Origin: an uncultured archaeon
GTDB lineage: Archaea > Iainarchaeota > Iainarchaeia > Iainarchaeales > CSSED10-239
Direction: 5' to 3'
NCBI GenBank assembly: GCA_964591795.1
Contig: CAZQEL010000002.1
Location: 38,412-64,995, forward strand
DNA: 26,584 bases
The position numbers were made by a program, and so were the translations under genes. Numbering within the stretch: position 1 is the first letter of the stretch; each line of letters opens with the position of its first letter. The notes beneath the pieces were generated by a model. It did not search any database. It worked only from the letters and a program-made list of their open reading frames with translations, and was not told the DNA's origin. This document shows positions 8,787 to 17,821 of the stretch, piece after piece.

Positions 8787-8829
8787 TATATTATATATAT
8801 AAATATATTATATATATAAATATATTTTA
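8787..8829 (+). repeat. 17-bp AT-only tandem repeat (2.5 copies), probable TATA/promoter region of top6B
   Basis: tatattatatatataaa occurs at 8787-8803 and 8804-8820, followed by tatatttta. It lies immediately upstream of the GTG at 8830 and ATG at 8839, with no SD motif. Confidence 0.5.
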
Positions 8830-8838
8830 GTGATTTTT

Positions 8839-10584
8839 ATGAATGAGGATAAAACTATAAATCAAAAACAAAAAACTTCAGCAGAAGCTGGGTCAAAAGA
8901 TGGAATTGATGCTAATATTTTATTTAGTGAATTTAAGGAACATTCAGTTGCTGATTTTTTTAAAAAAAATAGACAAATGTTAGGTCTTTATGGAAAACAA
9001 AGAACTCTAACAACAATTATACATGAACTTGTTACTAATTCTCTTGATGCTTGTGAAGAAGCAGGAATTTTACCTGAAATTGAAGTTGCAATCTCTGAAA
9101 TTGGAGATGAATACTATGAAATCTCAGTTATTGATAATGGACCTGGTATACCAGAAAATAAAATTGGTTCTGCTTTAGGTAAATTACTTGCTGGAACTAA
9201 ATTTCATAGATTAGTTCAAACAAGAGGTCAACAAGGAATTGGTGTTTCAGGAATTATTTTATTTTCTCAAATAACAACCGGTAAACCAACAAAAGTTATT
9301 TCTGGAACTTCAAAAGAAAAAGCAGTTTCTTTAGAAATAACAATTGATTCAAAAACAAATTCTCCAAAAATAACAAATAAAGTACATTTAGATAAAAAAT
9401 TTAGAGGAACAGCAATCAAAGCTAAATTTAAAGAAATACAATACAAGAAAGGACAAGGTTCCGTTGATGAATATTTAAGAAGAACTGCAATTTCAAATCC
9501 ACACACAACAATTCTTTTTGAAGATCCTTTTAAGGAAGTTACAAAATATGAAAGAATAATTAAAACCTTACCAAAAATACCAAAGCAAGTAAAACCTCAT
9601 CCAAGAGGAGTTACAGTTGATGAGATGTTGTCTTTAGCAAGATATACTCAAGCAAGAAAAATATCTTCATATTTAACAATGACCTATGACAGGTTTGGAC
9701 AAACTGCAGTTAATTCAATTTCTAAAATTATACATTTTGATATTAATAAAGATCCTAAAAAATTAACTTGGGAGGAAGCAGAAGAAATTGTTTCAGCTAT
9801 TAAGAAAACAAAATTTATTGCTCCAAACACAGATAATTTAGTTCCAATTGGTGAAGAGTTTGTAGAAAAATCATTAAAATCAATAGTTAGTCCTGAGTTT
9901 TGTTTTGTATATACACGTAAACCAGCTGTTTATAAAGGTGGATATGCTTTCCAAGTTGAAGTTGGAGTTGCCTTTGGAGGTAATGCTGGACGTTTAGTAA
10001 GTGTTTCTTCTCCTAAAGCAAAAAATAGAAAAGATAGTTTAGATGATGAAGATGATTCAAAGGAAGTTAGAGTTTCTGAAATTATAAGGTTTGCTAATAA
10101 ATCTCCATTACTTTTTGATGCTGGTGGTTGTGTTATTACAAAAACAGTTCAATCAATGGATTGGAAAAGATATGGTATTCAAAATTTTGATTCAGCACCA
10201 GTAACTGTGTTTGTGAATTTAATATCTGTTCATATTCCATACACTTCTGCTGGTAAATCTGCAATTGCTGATGAAGAAGAAATATTAAGTGAAATTAAAC
10301 TTGCTTTAATGGATGTTTCAAGAAAGCTTGGTAGATATATTATTGCTAAGAAAAAAGAAGCAGAAAAATTAGAAAAAAGAAAAGTTTTTGCAAAATATGC
10401 TCCTGAAGTTGTTCAAGCACTTTCAAGAATTACAGGTGCTGATGCTAAAAATCTTCAAAAGCATCTAGATAAAATGGTTCTTGAAAAATTACAAATGGAA
10501 GACTTAGAAGATGAAAAAAATAACCTTGTTAAAGATAAGGTTGTTGTTGATTCAGTTAAGGATGATAAATCCACTGATGAATAG
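8839..10584 (+). CDS. top6B: DNA topoisomerase VI subunit B
   Basis: GHKL/Bergerat ATPase blocks are present: IHELVTNSLDA, IDNGPGIP, GQQGIGVSG. The transducer region and a Lys/Glu-rich tail follow. The ATG at 8839 is preferred over the in-frame GTG at 8830. Confidence 0.92.
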   Translation: MNEDKTINQKQKTSAEAGSKDGIDANILFSEFKEHSVADFFKKNRQMLGLYGKQRTLTTIIHELVTNSLDACEEAGILPEIEVAISEIGDEYYEISVIDNGPGIPENKIGSALGKLLAGTKFHRLVQTRGQQGIGVSGIILFSQITTGKPTKVISGTSKEKAVSLEITIDSKTNSPKITNKVHLDKKFRGTAIKAKFKEIQYKKGQGSVDEYLRRTAISNPHTTILFEDPFKEVTKYERIIKTLPKIPKQVKPHPRGVTVDEMLSLARYTQARKISSYLTMTYDRFGQTAVNSISKIIHFDINKDPKKLTWEEAEEIVSAIKKTKFIAPNTDNLVPIGEEFVEKSLKSIVSPEFCFVYTRKPAVYKGGYAFQVEVGVAFGGNAGRLVSVSSPKAKNRKDSLDDEDDSKEVRVSEIIRFANKSPLLFDAGGCVITKTVQSMDWKRYGIQNFDSAPVTVFVNLISVHIPYTSAGKSAIADEEEILSEIKLALMDVSRKLGRYIIAKKKEAEKLEKRKVFAKYAPEVVQALSRITGADAKNLQKHLDKMVLEKLQMEDLEDEKNNLVKDKVVVDSVKDDKSTDE

Positions 10585-10626
10585 TTATTTATTTTATTTT
10601 TAATAATTATAAATATGTGAAAAAAT

Positions 10627-11766
10627 ATGGCTGTAAAAAAACCAATAAAACAAGCACTTGAAAAACATGAAATTGAAACTTCAAAAGAAATTGGAGAAAG
10701 GGTTTATAATATTGCAACAAATATTGTTCACCAAATAGAACATGAACATTCACCAACTTTTTCAACAAAAGTTAGAGGTCTTTCAAATGTTTATTTTGAT
10801 AAAACTAAAGGTTATATTCAATTAGGTGATAAGACAGTTACAAGACCTTTTTTAAATTTAGGTGCTGCTAGAAAATTTATGCAAACTGTTTTAGTTACTG
10901 AAAAATGTAATGAATATTTAAAACATTCAAAAACAGCATCAATAAGAGAAATTTATTATGAATTAAAGCACACTGTTGCAAAAACTCATGAAAATACTTT
11001 TGATGGGCAAGATGAATCTAATGATGTAATTGTTGATATTGAACATTCAGTTTCAACTATTAGAGAAAAGCTAGGTCTTCAAGCTGATCCAAAAGGTGCG
11101 CTTTATGGGGATATTACATTAATTGATAGAAAACATAATAATGATGAATTTAATTGTAGTAATTTAGGTCGTGGTGGATGGTCAATCATGTCAAGACTTG
11201 AACCTGATGAAATTGAAATAAAAGAAGTTAATGCTGATTTTGTTTTAGTAATAGAGACCTCTGCAATGTATGGACGACTTATTGAAGAAAATTATGCTAA
11301 AAAACATAGAGCAATTTTAGTAGGTACTTCTGGTCAATCTGCAAGAGGAGCAAGAAGACTTATTCATCGTTTGAGATATGAATTTAATTTACCTATTATT
11401 GTTTTTACTGATGGGGATCCTTATGGATGGTATATTTATTCTGTTATTAAAAGTGGTTCAATGGCACTTGCTGCCCATTCTAAGTTTTTAGCAGTTCCTG
11501 ATGCTAAGTATGTTGGTATGACATTAACTGATGTTGAATACTATGGATTACAGAATGTAACTGAAAAAATGAAGGATGGAGATGTAAAGAGGGCAAAAGA
11601 ACTTATTAATTATGATTGGTTTAAATCTCCTGAATGGCAAAAAGAATTAAAGCTTGCAGTTGATAAAAAAATCAGAATTGAACAACAGGCTCTTGCAAAT
11701 AAATCGCTTGATTTTGTTGCTAAGAAGTATTTGCCTGAAAAGATTGAAGGAAAAATATTTTTATAA
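10627..11766 (+). CDS. top6A: DNA topoisomerase VI subunit A (Spo11 homologue)
   Basis: IREIYYELKH contains the catalytic Tyr region. The Toprim Glu is in VLVIETSAMY and the DxD in VFTDGDPYGWYIY. The gene lies directly downstream of top6B. Confidence 0.93.
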   Translation: MAVKKPIKQALEKHEIETSKEIGERVYNIATNIVHQIEHEHSPTFSTKVRGLSNVYFDKTKGYIQLGDKTVTRPFLNLGAARKFMQTVLVTEKCNEYLKHSKTASIREIYYELKHTVAKTHENTFDGQDESNDVIVDIEHSVSTIREKLGLQADPKGALYGDITLIDRKHNNDEFNCSNLGRGGWSIMSRLEPDEIEIKEVNADFVLVIETSAMYGRLIEENYAKKHRAILVGTSGQSARGARRLIHRLRYEFNLPIIVFTDGDPYGWYIYSVIKSGSMALAAHSKFLAVPDAKYVGMTLTDVEYYGLQNVTEKMKDGDVKRAKELINYDWFKSPEWQKELKLAVDKKIRIEQQALANKSLDFVAKKYLPEKIEGKIFL

Positions 11767-11922
11767 TTATTTTTTAAGAGTATGTTAATAGTTATAAACA
11801 AATAATTCAAATATTTTCTTGCTAAAAAAGTTATAGTTGTTTATTTGTTTCTAATTTTAATTCTTTTTTTCAAATATACTAAACATATATATATTTTTTG
11901 ATTTATACTATTATCTAATACA

Positions 11923-11936
11923 TTTATAATTATAAA
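11923..11936 (+). promoter_or_regulatory. Candidate TATA box (14-bp perfect palindrome tttataattataaa) upstream of acs
   Basis: It lies 24-37 nt upstream of the acs ATG, followed by an SD-like gagtga. Such palindromes are common in AT-rich DNA, so support is weak. Confidence 0.3.
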
Positions 11937-11959
11937 TATAATTTTAGAGTGATAAAAAT

Positions 11960-13894
11960 ATGAGTGAAAATAAATATTATCCATCAAAAGAGTTTTCTGA
12001 AAAAGCATATATTAAGTCAATGGAAGAATATGATAGAATTTATGTTGAGTCAATAAAAAATCCAGAAAAATTCTGGGGAGAAAAAGCACAGGATCTATCT
12101 TGGTTTAAGAAATGGGATTCTGTTTTTGAATGGCATGATATTGATCAACAACTATATTCTTGGTTTAAGAATGGAAAACTAAATGCCTCATATAATTGTC
12201 TTGATCGTCATTTAGAAAAAAATGGAGATAAGGTAGCTTTAATTTTTCAAGGTGAAGACGATTCTAATGTTAAAAAATATACTTATAAAGAACTTCATTT
12301 GGAAGTATCTAGATTTTCTAATGTTTTAAAGAAATATGGAATAAAAAAAGGTGATCGGGTATCTATTTACATGCCAATGATACCTGAGTTTTTAATTTCT
12401 CTTCTTGCTTGCGCTAGAATTGGTGCTATTCATTCAGTTATTTTTGCAGGATATAGTGTTTCAACTATAAAGGATAGATTAATTTTTGCAAAATCGAAAA
12501 TATTAATTACAGCTGATGGTGCTAATCGTGCTGGAAAAAAATTAAATTATAAAGTATCAATTGATGAAGCAATAGATGGTGTGGACTCTATTGAAAAAAT
12601 AATCTATGTTAAAAATATTAATTTAGATATAGATTATAAAAAAGATAAAGAACTTATTTATCATGAAGAAATTAAAAAAGAAGATATTTTAGATGAATGT
12701 GTTCCTGAACAAATGGATTCTGAAGATCCATTATTTATTTTATTTAATTCAGGAACTGTTGAAAAACCAAAAGGAACACTTCATACAACTGCTGGATATC
12801 TTTTATATGTAAATCAAACTTTCAAATATATGTTTGATTATCATGGTTCTGAAGTCTATTGGTCAACAGCTGATATTGGATGGATTACAGGGCATTCATA
12901 TTTAGTGTATGGTCCACTTTCAAATGCTGCAACTGTTTTAATGTATGAAGGTGTTCCAACTTATCCTGATAATAGTGTTTATTGGAGAATTATTCAAAAA
13001 CATAAAGTAAATATTTTTTATACAGCTCCAACAGTAATAAGATCTTTAATGAGATATGGTCTTGATCCTGTTAAGGACTTTGATTTATCTTCATTAAGAA
13101 TATTAGGGTCTGTTGGTGAGCCTATTAATCCTGAAGCATGGATTTGGTATTATGAAAATATTGGTAAAAACAATTGTCCCATAGTTGATACTTGGTGGCA
13201 AACAGAATCTGGTGGTTTTTTAATTTCGCCTTTTCCTGGTGCATTTCCATTAAAACCAGGTTATGCAACTAAACCTTTTTTTGGAATTGATGCTGATATT
13301 TTAAGAGAGGATGGGACAAAATCATCTGTTAATGAATCAGGGTCAGTTGTTATAAAAAAACCATGGCCAGGTATGATGAGAACAATTTATGGAGAACATC
13401 AAAAGTTTTTAGATATTTATTTTTCAAAATATAAACACATTTACTTTTGTGGAGATCGAGGAAAAATAGATGAAGATGGTTATTTTTTCATAATTGGAAG
13501 AATGGACGATGTTATTAAAGTATCAGGTCACAGAATTGGTTCAGCTGAAGTTGAATCAGCTTTAGTTTCTAATAAGAATGTTGGTGAAGCTGCAGTTGTG
13601 CCTTTTCCACATGATATTAAAGGACAAGCTCTATATGCTTTTGTTATTTTAAGAAATGGTATAGTTCCATCTGATGATTTAGTTATAGAACTAAGAGCGC
13701 ATGTTGCTAAGGAAATTGGTCCAATTGCAAAACCTGATAAAATACAATTTGTTGAAGCACTTCCGAAAACAAGTAGTGGAAAAATAATAAGAAGAATTGT
13801 TCGTGCCATTGCCTATGACTCTGAAGATTATGGTGATCTTTCAACTTTGTTTAATCCTAAAGTAATTGAACAAATAAAATGTAAAAAAATTTAA
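11960..13894 (+). CDS. acs: Acetyl-CoA synthetase (AMP-forming)
   Basis: 644 aa with YWSTADIGWITGHSY, WWQTESGG, GDRG..DEDGYFFIIGRMDDVIKVSGHRIG and LPKTSSGKIIRR (conserved catalytic/acetylatable Lys). Confidence 0.93.
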   Translation: MSENKYYPSKEFSEKAYIKSMEEYDRIYVESIKNPEKFWGEKAQDLSWFKKWDSVFEWHDIDQQLYSWFKNGKLNASYNCLDRHLEKNGDKVALIFQGEDDSNVKKYTYKELHLEVSRFSNVLKKYGIKKGDRVSIYMPMIPEFLISLLACARIGAIHSVIFAGYSVSTIKDRLIFAKSKILITADGANRAGKKLNYKVSIDEAIDGVDSIEKIIYVKNINLDIDYKKDKELIYHEEIKKEDILDECVPEQMDSEDPLFILFNSGTVEKPKGTLHTTAGYLLYVNQTFKYMFDYHGSEVYWSTADIGWITGHSYLVYGPLSNAATVLMYEGVPTYPDNSVYWRIIQKHKVNIFYTAPTVIRSLMRYGLDPVKDFDLSSLRILGSVGEPINPEAWIWYYENIGKNNCPIVDTWWQTESGGFLISPFPGAFPLKPGYATKPFFGIDADILREDGTKSSVNESGSVVIKKPWPGMMRTIYGEHQKFLDIYFSKYKHIYFCGDRGKIDEDGYFFIIGRMDDVIKVSGHRIGSAEVESALVSNKNVGEAAVVPFPHDIKGQALYAFVILRNGIVPSDDLVIELRAHVAKEIGPIAKPDKIQFVEALPKTSSGKIIRRIVRAIAYDSEDYGDLSTLFNPKVIEQIKCKKI

Positions 13895-15831
13895 GAAAAA
13901 GCTTTTTCAAGTTTTAAAAGAGTGTTCCATTCTTTATCAATATTTTCTTGAATCTTTTTTATTTCTTTTTTATTTTTTAAAATATCTTTAAACTTTGTTT
14001 GCATTTTTAAAAATTCTTCAATTGGTTTTCTATTTGTTGGTTTGTGATTAATTTTATATTTACTATCTTCACATTCATAGAGTGGCCAAAAGTTTGTTTC
14101 TGTTGCAAGTTTTGAAATATCAATTGTTAAATCTTCAGGTGCTTTCATGTTTGTTGGACAAGCTGCATAAACAATTATTACAGCTGGGCCTTTTTTCTCA
14201 AAAGCTTTTCTGAATTTTTCATGCATGTCTAAAATATTACCAGGGTTAGCTGTTGCAACATATGGTATATTATGTGCAATTGCTATTTTTGCTAAATCCT
14301 TTTTAATTCCAGGTTTCCCACCAGGGGTTGTTGTGGTTGTAGCGTCCATAGGTGTTGCTGATGATCTTTGAGAACCAGTATTTTGGTATCCTTCGTTATC
14401 ATAACACACAAAAACAAAATCATGTCCTCTTTCAAGAGCTCCAGAAAGACTCTGAAGTCCAATATCAAAACTATTCATATTAAGACTAATTCTACCATCT
14501 TTTTCAATTATCATTATATGGTTTTTTTTAAGTTCTGGGCAATATATTTTTCCATTATAATCATAGCTTGATATATTTTTTTTTCTTAAATTTGCAAGGT
14601 TGGTTGGTTTATAATCTGAAAAAGAAATTGCATATTCAAATCTATTTTTTCTTTTTCTTTCATCTAAATGTACTCTATATCCTAATTTTAATGCAATTTC
14701 AATAACATCATCTTTTAATATTGGTGAAATTGTACTATAAGAATATGCTGTAGAGTTTTTTCTTTTAATTACTGTTCCATCACCTTCAATTAAGGCATCT
14801 AATAATATTTTTAAATATTTATTTGATAATTCTTTAAATTCTAATGGTATGAATTTATCTTTTGCTTTTCCAAATTGAGTTAGGTAAGTCCATAATTGTT
14901 GATTACTTATAATAAATCTATCTGTAGAGTACCAATAATTAAATTTAATTTTATTTAAACAATTTGTAATGTTAGTTATTGTTTTTTTCTTTGTTTGAGC
15001 TATAAACGTATTATATTTTTCTCTTTTTTTGGATTTTTTAGATAAGTGTCCTTCAGAAATCCAATATCCTAAAAAAGATAACCAATTTTTCATTTTTATT
15101 TTATTTAATATAACTTTGTTTCCTGAAATTTTATTATATTTTACAGATGGTAATGTAAAATATTGTTGATCTTTTCCATCCCATTTTAAATTTCCAGTTA
15201 TAATATTTATTTTATCACTTCTGCTATAATTTAAAAGTTTATGTGCTTTTATCACTTCAACTTTATTATTTAATTTATTGTATACTGGCACATTATGTAA
15301 TAATGACACATCAAAATGAACAAAATTATGATTAACGGATACGATTTTATTTTTATAGTTATATTTATGCATTTTAACTATTGTTGATTTTTCCATTTTC
15401 ATATTTTTAGGGTTTATTGACCAAATAATGTCTTTTGTATTAATATTTTCAACATTTTTAAAACCATTTTGTGTTAATATTTTTGTTCCAGGAATATAAC
15501 ATCCACCATCTCCTGCAAAAGCCATGAATTTAATTTCTTCTTTTATTTTATTTTTTCTTTTTAAAACTTTATATGCTGTTTCTACTCCAGAGATTGTTGC
15601 AGCTGCATTTGCAAATACAGAGTGTATCCATGGTTCGTTCCAGGATGTATAAGGGTAAATTGTAGTTGTTACTTCTGCACATGATGTTGCTGATGAAACT
15701 ACAATTTTTTTATCGGTTGCAGCATAAGCTGTTCTTAAAATTATAGTAATAGGGCATCCTGGACAAGTCCTATGGCCAGGCATAATTGCTTTTCTATCAT
15801 TTATTTTTTTTGCAAGTTCAATATTATTCAT
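13891..15831 (-). CDS. porB: Pyruvate/2-oxoacid:ferredoxin oxidoreductase beta (TPP-binding) subunit, interrupted by a 343-aa intein
   Basis: The N-extein has HRTCPGCP and ends FAGDGG. The C-extein resumes SFDIGLQSLSGALERGHDFVFVCYDNEGYQNTGSQRS, completing the GDG...N TPP motif. The spliced length would be 303 aa, normal for PorB. Confidence 0.9.
   Translation of the reverse strand: MNNIELAKKINDRKAIMPGHRTCPGCPITIILRTAYAATDKKIVVSSATSCAEVTTTIYPYTSWNEPWIHSVFANAAATISGVETAYKVLKRKNKIKEEIKFMAFAGDGGCYIPGTKILTQNGFKNVENINTKDIIWSINPKNMKMEKSTIVKMHKYNYKNKIVSVNHNFVHFDVSLLHNVPVYNKLNNKVEVIKAHKLLNYSRSDKINIITGNLKWDGKDQQYFTLPSVKYNKISGNKVILNKIKMKNWLSFLGYWISEGHLSKKSKKREKYNTFIAQTKKKTITNITNCLNKIKFNYWYSTDRFIISNQQLWTYLTQFGKAKDKFIPLEFKELSNKYLKILLDALIEGDGTVIKRKNSTAYSYSTISPILKDDVIEIALKLGYRVHLDERKRKNRFEYAISFSDYKPTNLANLRKKNISSYDYNGKIYCPELKKNHIMIIEKDGRISLNMNSFDIGLQSLSGALERGHDFVFVCYDNEGYQNTGSQRSSATPMDATTTTTPGGKPGIKKDLAKIAIAHNIPYVATANPGNILDMHEKFRKAFEKKGPAVIIVYAACPTNMKAPEDLTIDISKLATETNFWPLYECEDSKYKINHKPTNRKPIEEFLKMQTKFKDILKNKKEIKKIQENIDKEWNTLLKLEKAFS
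14473..15501 (-). mobile_element. Intein with LAGLIDADG homing-endonuclease domain inside porB
   Basis: It starts with Cys (CYIPGTKILT, block A) and has a block-B-like SLLH. Two LAGLIDADG motifs are present (LSFLGYWISEGH, LLDALIEGDGT). Block F/G is IYCPELKKNHIMIIEKDGRISLNMN, with terminal Asn and +1 Ser. The penultimate residue is Met rather than the usual His. Confidence 0.85.
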
Positions 15832-15837
15832 AGTTTA

Positions 15838-16617
15838 TCATTTTTTAGTTCTTGTTTTTATTTTATCTAAATGCCATAATACTAATTTTTCAAAATCAAT
15901 TAATTGTATTTCTTTTTTATTTTCACTAGGTGATGTTTTCCATTTTTTATTTAAATCTAATATTTTTTTACTGGAGCTAAATAAAATTGCATCTGTTTCA
16001 TTAAGTTCTTTTTTTGTAAACTTTGGAAGATAATCATTATTATTTTTCTTTTCGTCTCTTTCAAGATTATAATTTATAATTTTTACTATTTTATTTTCAT
16101 TTTCTAAAATATTTTTTATAAAATTATTTTTTGTAGATTCTATATTGTTTGTAGTTTTTTTATTATGATTTCTGTTAGTAACAGGTGCTTTTGCATCAAG
16201 TATGATATCTATAAACAAAAATAATGGGTTTTCTTTTCCAGTATTCTCATTTAATTTATTTAATGCTATTTTTAAATTTTCTATTATGTTTGTTGATGGG
16301 AAATACATAGATACTATTTTCATTTTGTTTGTGTTTTTTAATATTTTTGTGTATATGTTTCTTTTTTCTTCAATTGAAACAACTATTATTTTTCTATTTG
16401 TAATTTGATTTAATTTGTGAATATAATTTGATGTAATATTTATTTCTTTTGCAAGATCTTTTGCTATTAAATGAAGATCTCTATTTGCTTTTGAGGTTTC
16501 TAAATTGAATTTAGGTATTTTTTCATTAAGTGTTTCTTTATCACTATCAGTATATCTTAGTGTATCAATAGGCTTTTGTGTTCGCTTCTTTTTATATTTT
16601 GCTTTATATGTTTTCAT
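15838..16617 (-). CDS. Hypothetical N/K-rich 259-aa protein wedged between porA and porB (no cysteines)
   Basis: The long ORF is tightly packed: 25 nt after the porA stop and 6 nt before the porB ATG. It has a possible helix-turn-helix-like segment (RDLHLIAKDLAKEINITSNYIHKLNQ). I recognise no catalytic motif. Confidence 0.6.
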   Translation of the reverse strand: MKTYKAKYKKKRTQKPIDTLRYTDSDKETLNEKIPKFNLETSKANRDLHLIAKDLAKEINITSNYIHKLNQITNRKIIVVSIEEKRNIYTKILKNTNKMKIVSMYFPSTNIIENLKIALNKLNENTGKENPLFLFIDIILDAKAPVTNRNHNKKTTNNIESTKNNFIKNILENENKIVKIINYNLERDEKKNNNDYLPKFTKKELNETDAILFSSSKKILDLNKKWKTSPSENKKEIQLIDFEKLVLWHLDKIKTRTKK

Positions 16618-16642
16618 GTTATAAGCCTATATTTTTATTTAA

Positions 16643-17803
16643 TTATTTTTTAGAACCAATATATTTTTCTTTAATTGGTTTTTTATTTATAAAAGACATT
16701 AATAAATCTTCAATATCTTTTTCAAAAAGATCACGGCCACCAAGTCCAAATACAAAAGATGATACGTTAACTTTTTTATCATTGTCACATACTGCAAGTT
16801 TAATATCTTTATATAAAGGCGCCATTGATCCTGGACCTTCAGCTCTATCAAGAACAATAATTTCTTTTACATTTTTTAATGTTTTTAAATAATTTTCATA
16901 CATGAAAGGTCTAAATAAAATTGGTCTTAAAAGACCTACACTCTTTCCTTGTTTTCTAAGTTTGTCAATAACTTCTTTTGTTGTTTGTGCACTTGATGAC
17001 ATAAGTATAATTACAACATCTGCTTTTGATGCATAATAGTCTTCGAAGAAATTAATATTTTTTCCAAAAGTTTTTTTGTATTCTTTTGAAATATTAATAA
17101 ATTCTTTTTTAACACTTTTTAAAGCTTTAAACATTTCAATTTTTATTTCAAAAAAAGTGTTTGGAAGTGCAAGTGCTCCAATTGAAATTGGTTTTTTTGT
17201 ATTTAAAAGATTATAGGGTCCTTTGTAATCTCCTATAAATTTACCTACTACTTTGTCATCATATACTTCTAGGTTTTCTAAATTATGTGATGTATAAAAA
17301 CCATCAATGCAAACCATTATTGGTAAGTTTACTCTTTCAGCTAACTTAAATGCAAAAATGGTCATATCATATGCTTCTTGTGCGCTTTCACAAAAAGTCA
17401 TCATCCAACCTTGATCAACTGCACTCATTGCATCTGAATGATCACAATGTATATTTATTGGTGCAGATATTGCTCTATTTGCAATTGGCATAACAATTGG
17501 TAGTCTTAAACTTGATGCAACTGATAACATTTCAAACATATACATCAGTCCTTGTGATGCAGTTGCAGTTACACTTCTAACTCCTGATGCAGCAGCACCA
17601 ATAGTAGAAGAAAGTGCTGAATGTTCGGATTCAACTAAGATCAATTCTGTATTTACTTCTTTGTTTTTAACATGCATAGCATAGCTTTCAATTATTGGGG
17701 TTTGTGGAGTTATTGGGTACATTGCAAAAACATCTACGTTTGCTTGTTTTATTGCGTAGGAGATTGCTTCTCCACCGTTAAGTGCTATTTTTGTTGTTTT
17801 CAT
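16643..17803 (-). CDS. porA: Pyruvate/2-oxoacid:ferredoxin oxidoreductase alpha subunit
   Basis: Has NGGEAISYA, AMYPITPQT, ESEHSALS..IGAAASGVR, TATASQGL and an LPIVM block. SD-like agtgat lies 7-8 nt upstream. Confidence 0.9.
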   Translation of the reverse strand: MKTTKIALNGGEAISYAIKQANVDVFAMYPITPQTPIIESYAMHVKNKEVNTELILVESEHSALSSTIGAAASGVRSVTATASQGLMYMFEMLSVASSLRLPIVMPIANRAISAPINIHCDHSDAMSAVDQGWMMTFCESAQEAYDMTIFAFKLAERVNLPIMVCIDGFYTSHNLENLEVYDDKVVGKFIGDYKGPYNLLNTKKPISIGALALPNTFFEIKIEMFKALKSVKKEFINISKEYKKTFGKNINFFEDYYASKADVVIILMSSSAQTTKEVIDKLRKQGKSVGLLRPILFRPFMYENYLKTLKNVKEIIVLDRAEGPGSMAPLYKDIKLAVCDNDKKVNVSSFVFGLGGRDLFEKDIEDLLMSFINKKPIKEKYIGSKK

Positions 17804-17821
17804 TTTTTAATCACTTTTTTT

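Noticed and set aside
10555-10626. Possible C/D-box sRNA (gatgat...ctgatga) at the top6B 3' end and intergenic region.
   Set aside because: The box-like strings lie within the top6B coding sequence. There is no terminal D box or flanking stem, and such short motifs occur by chance.
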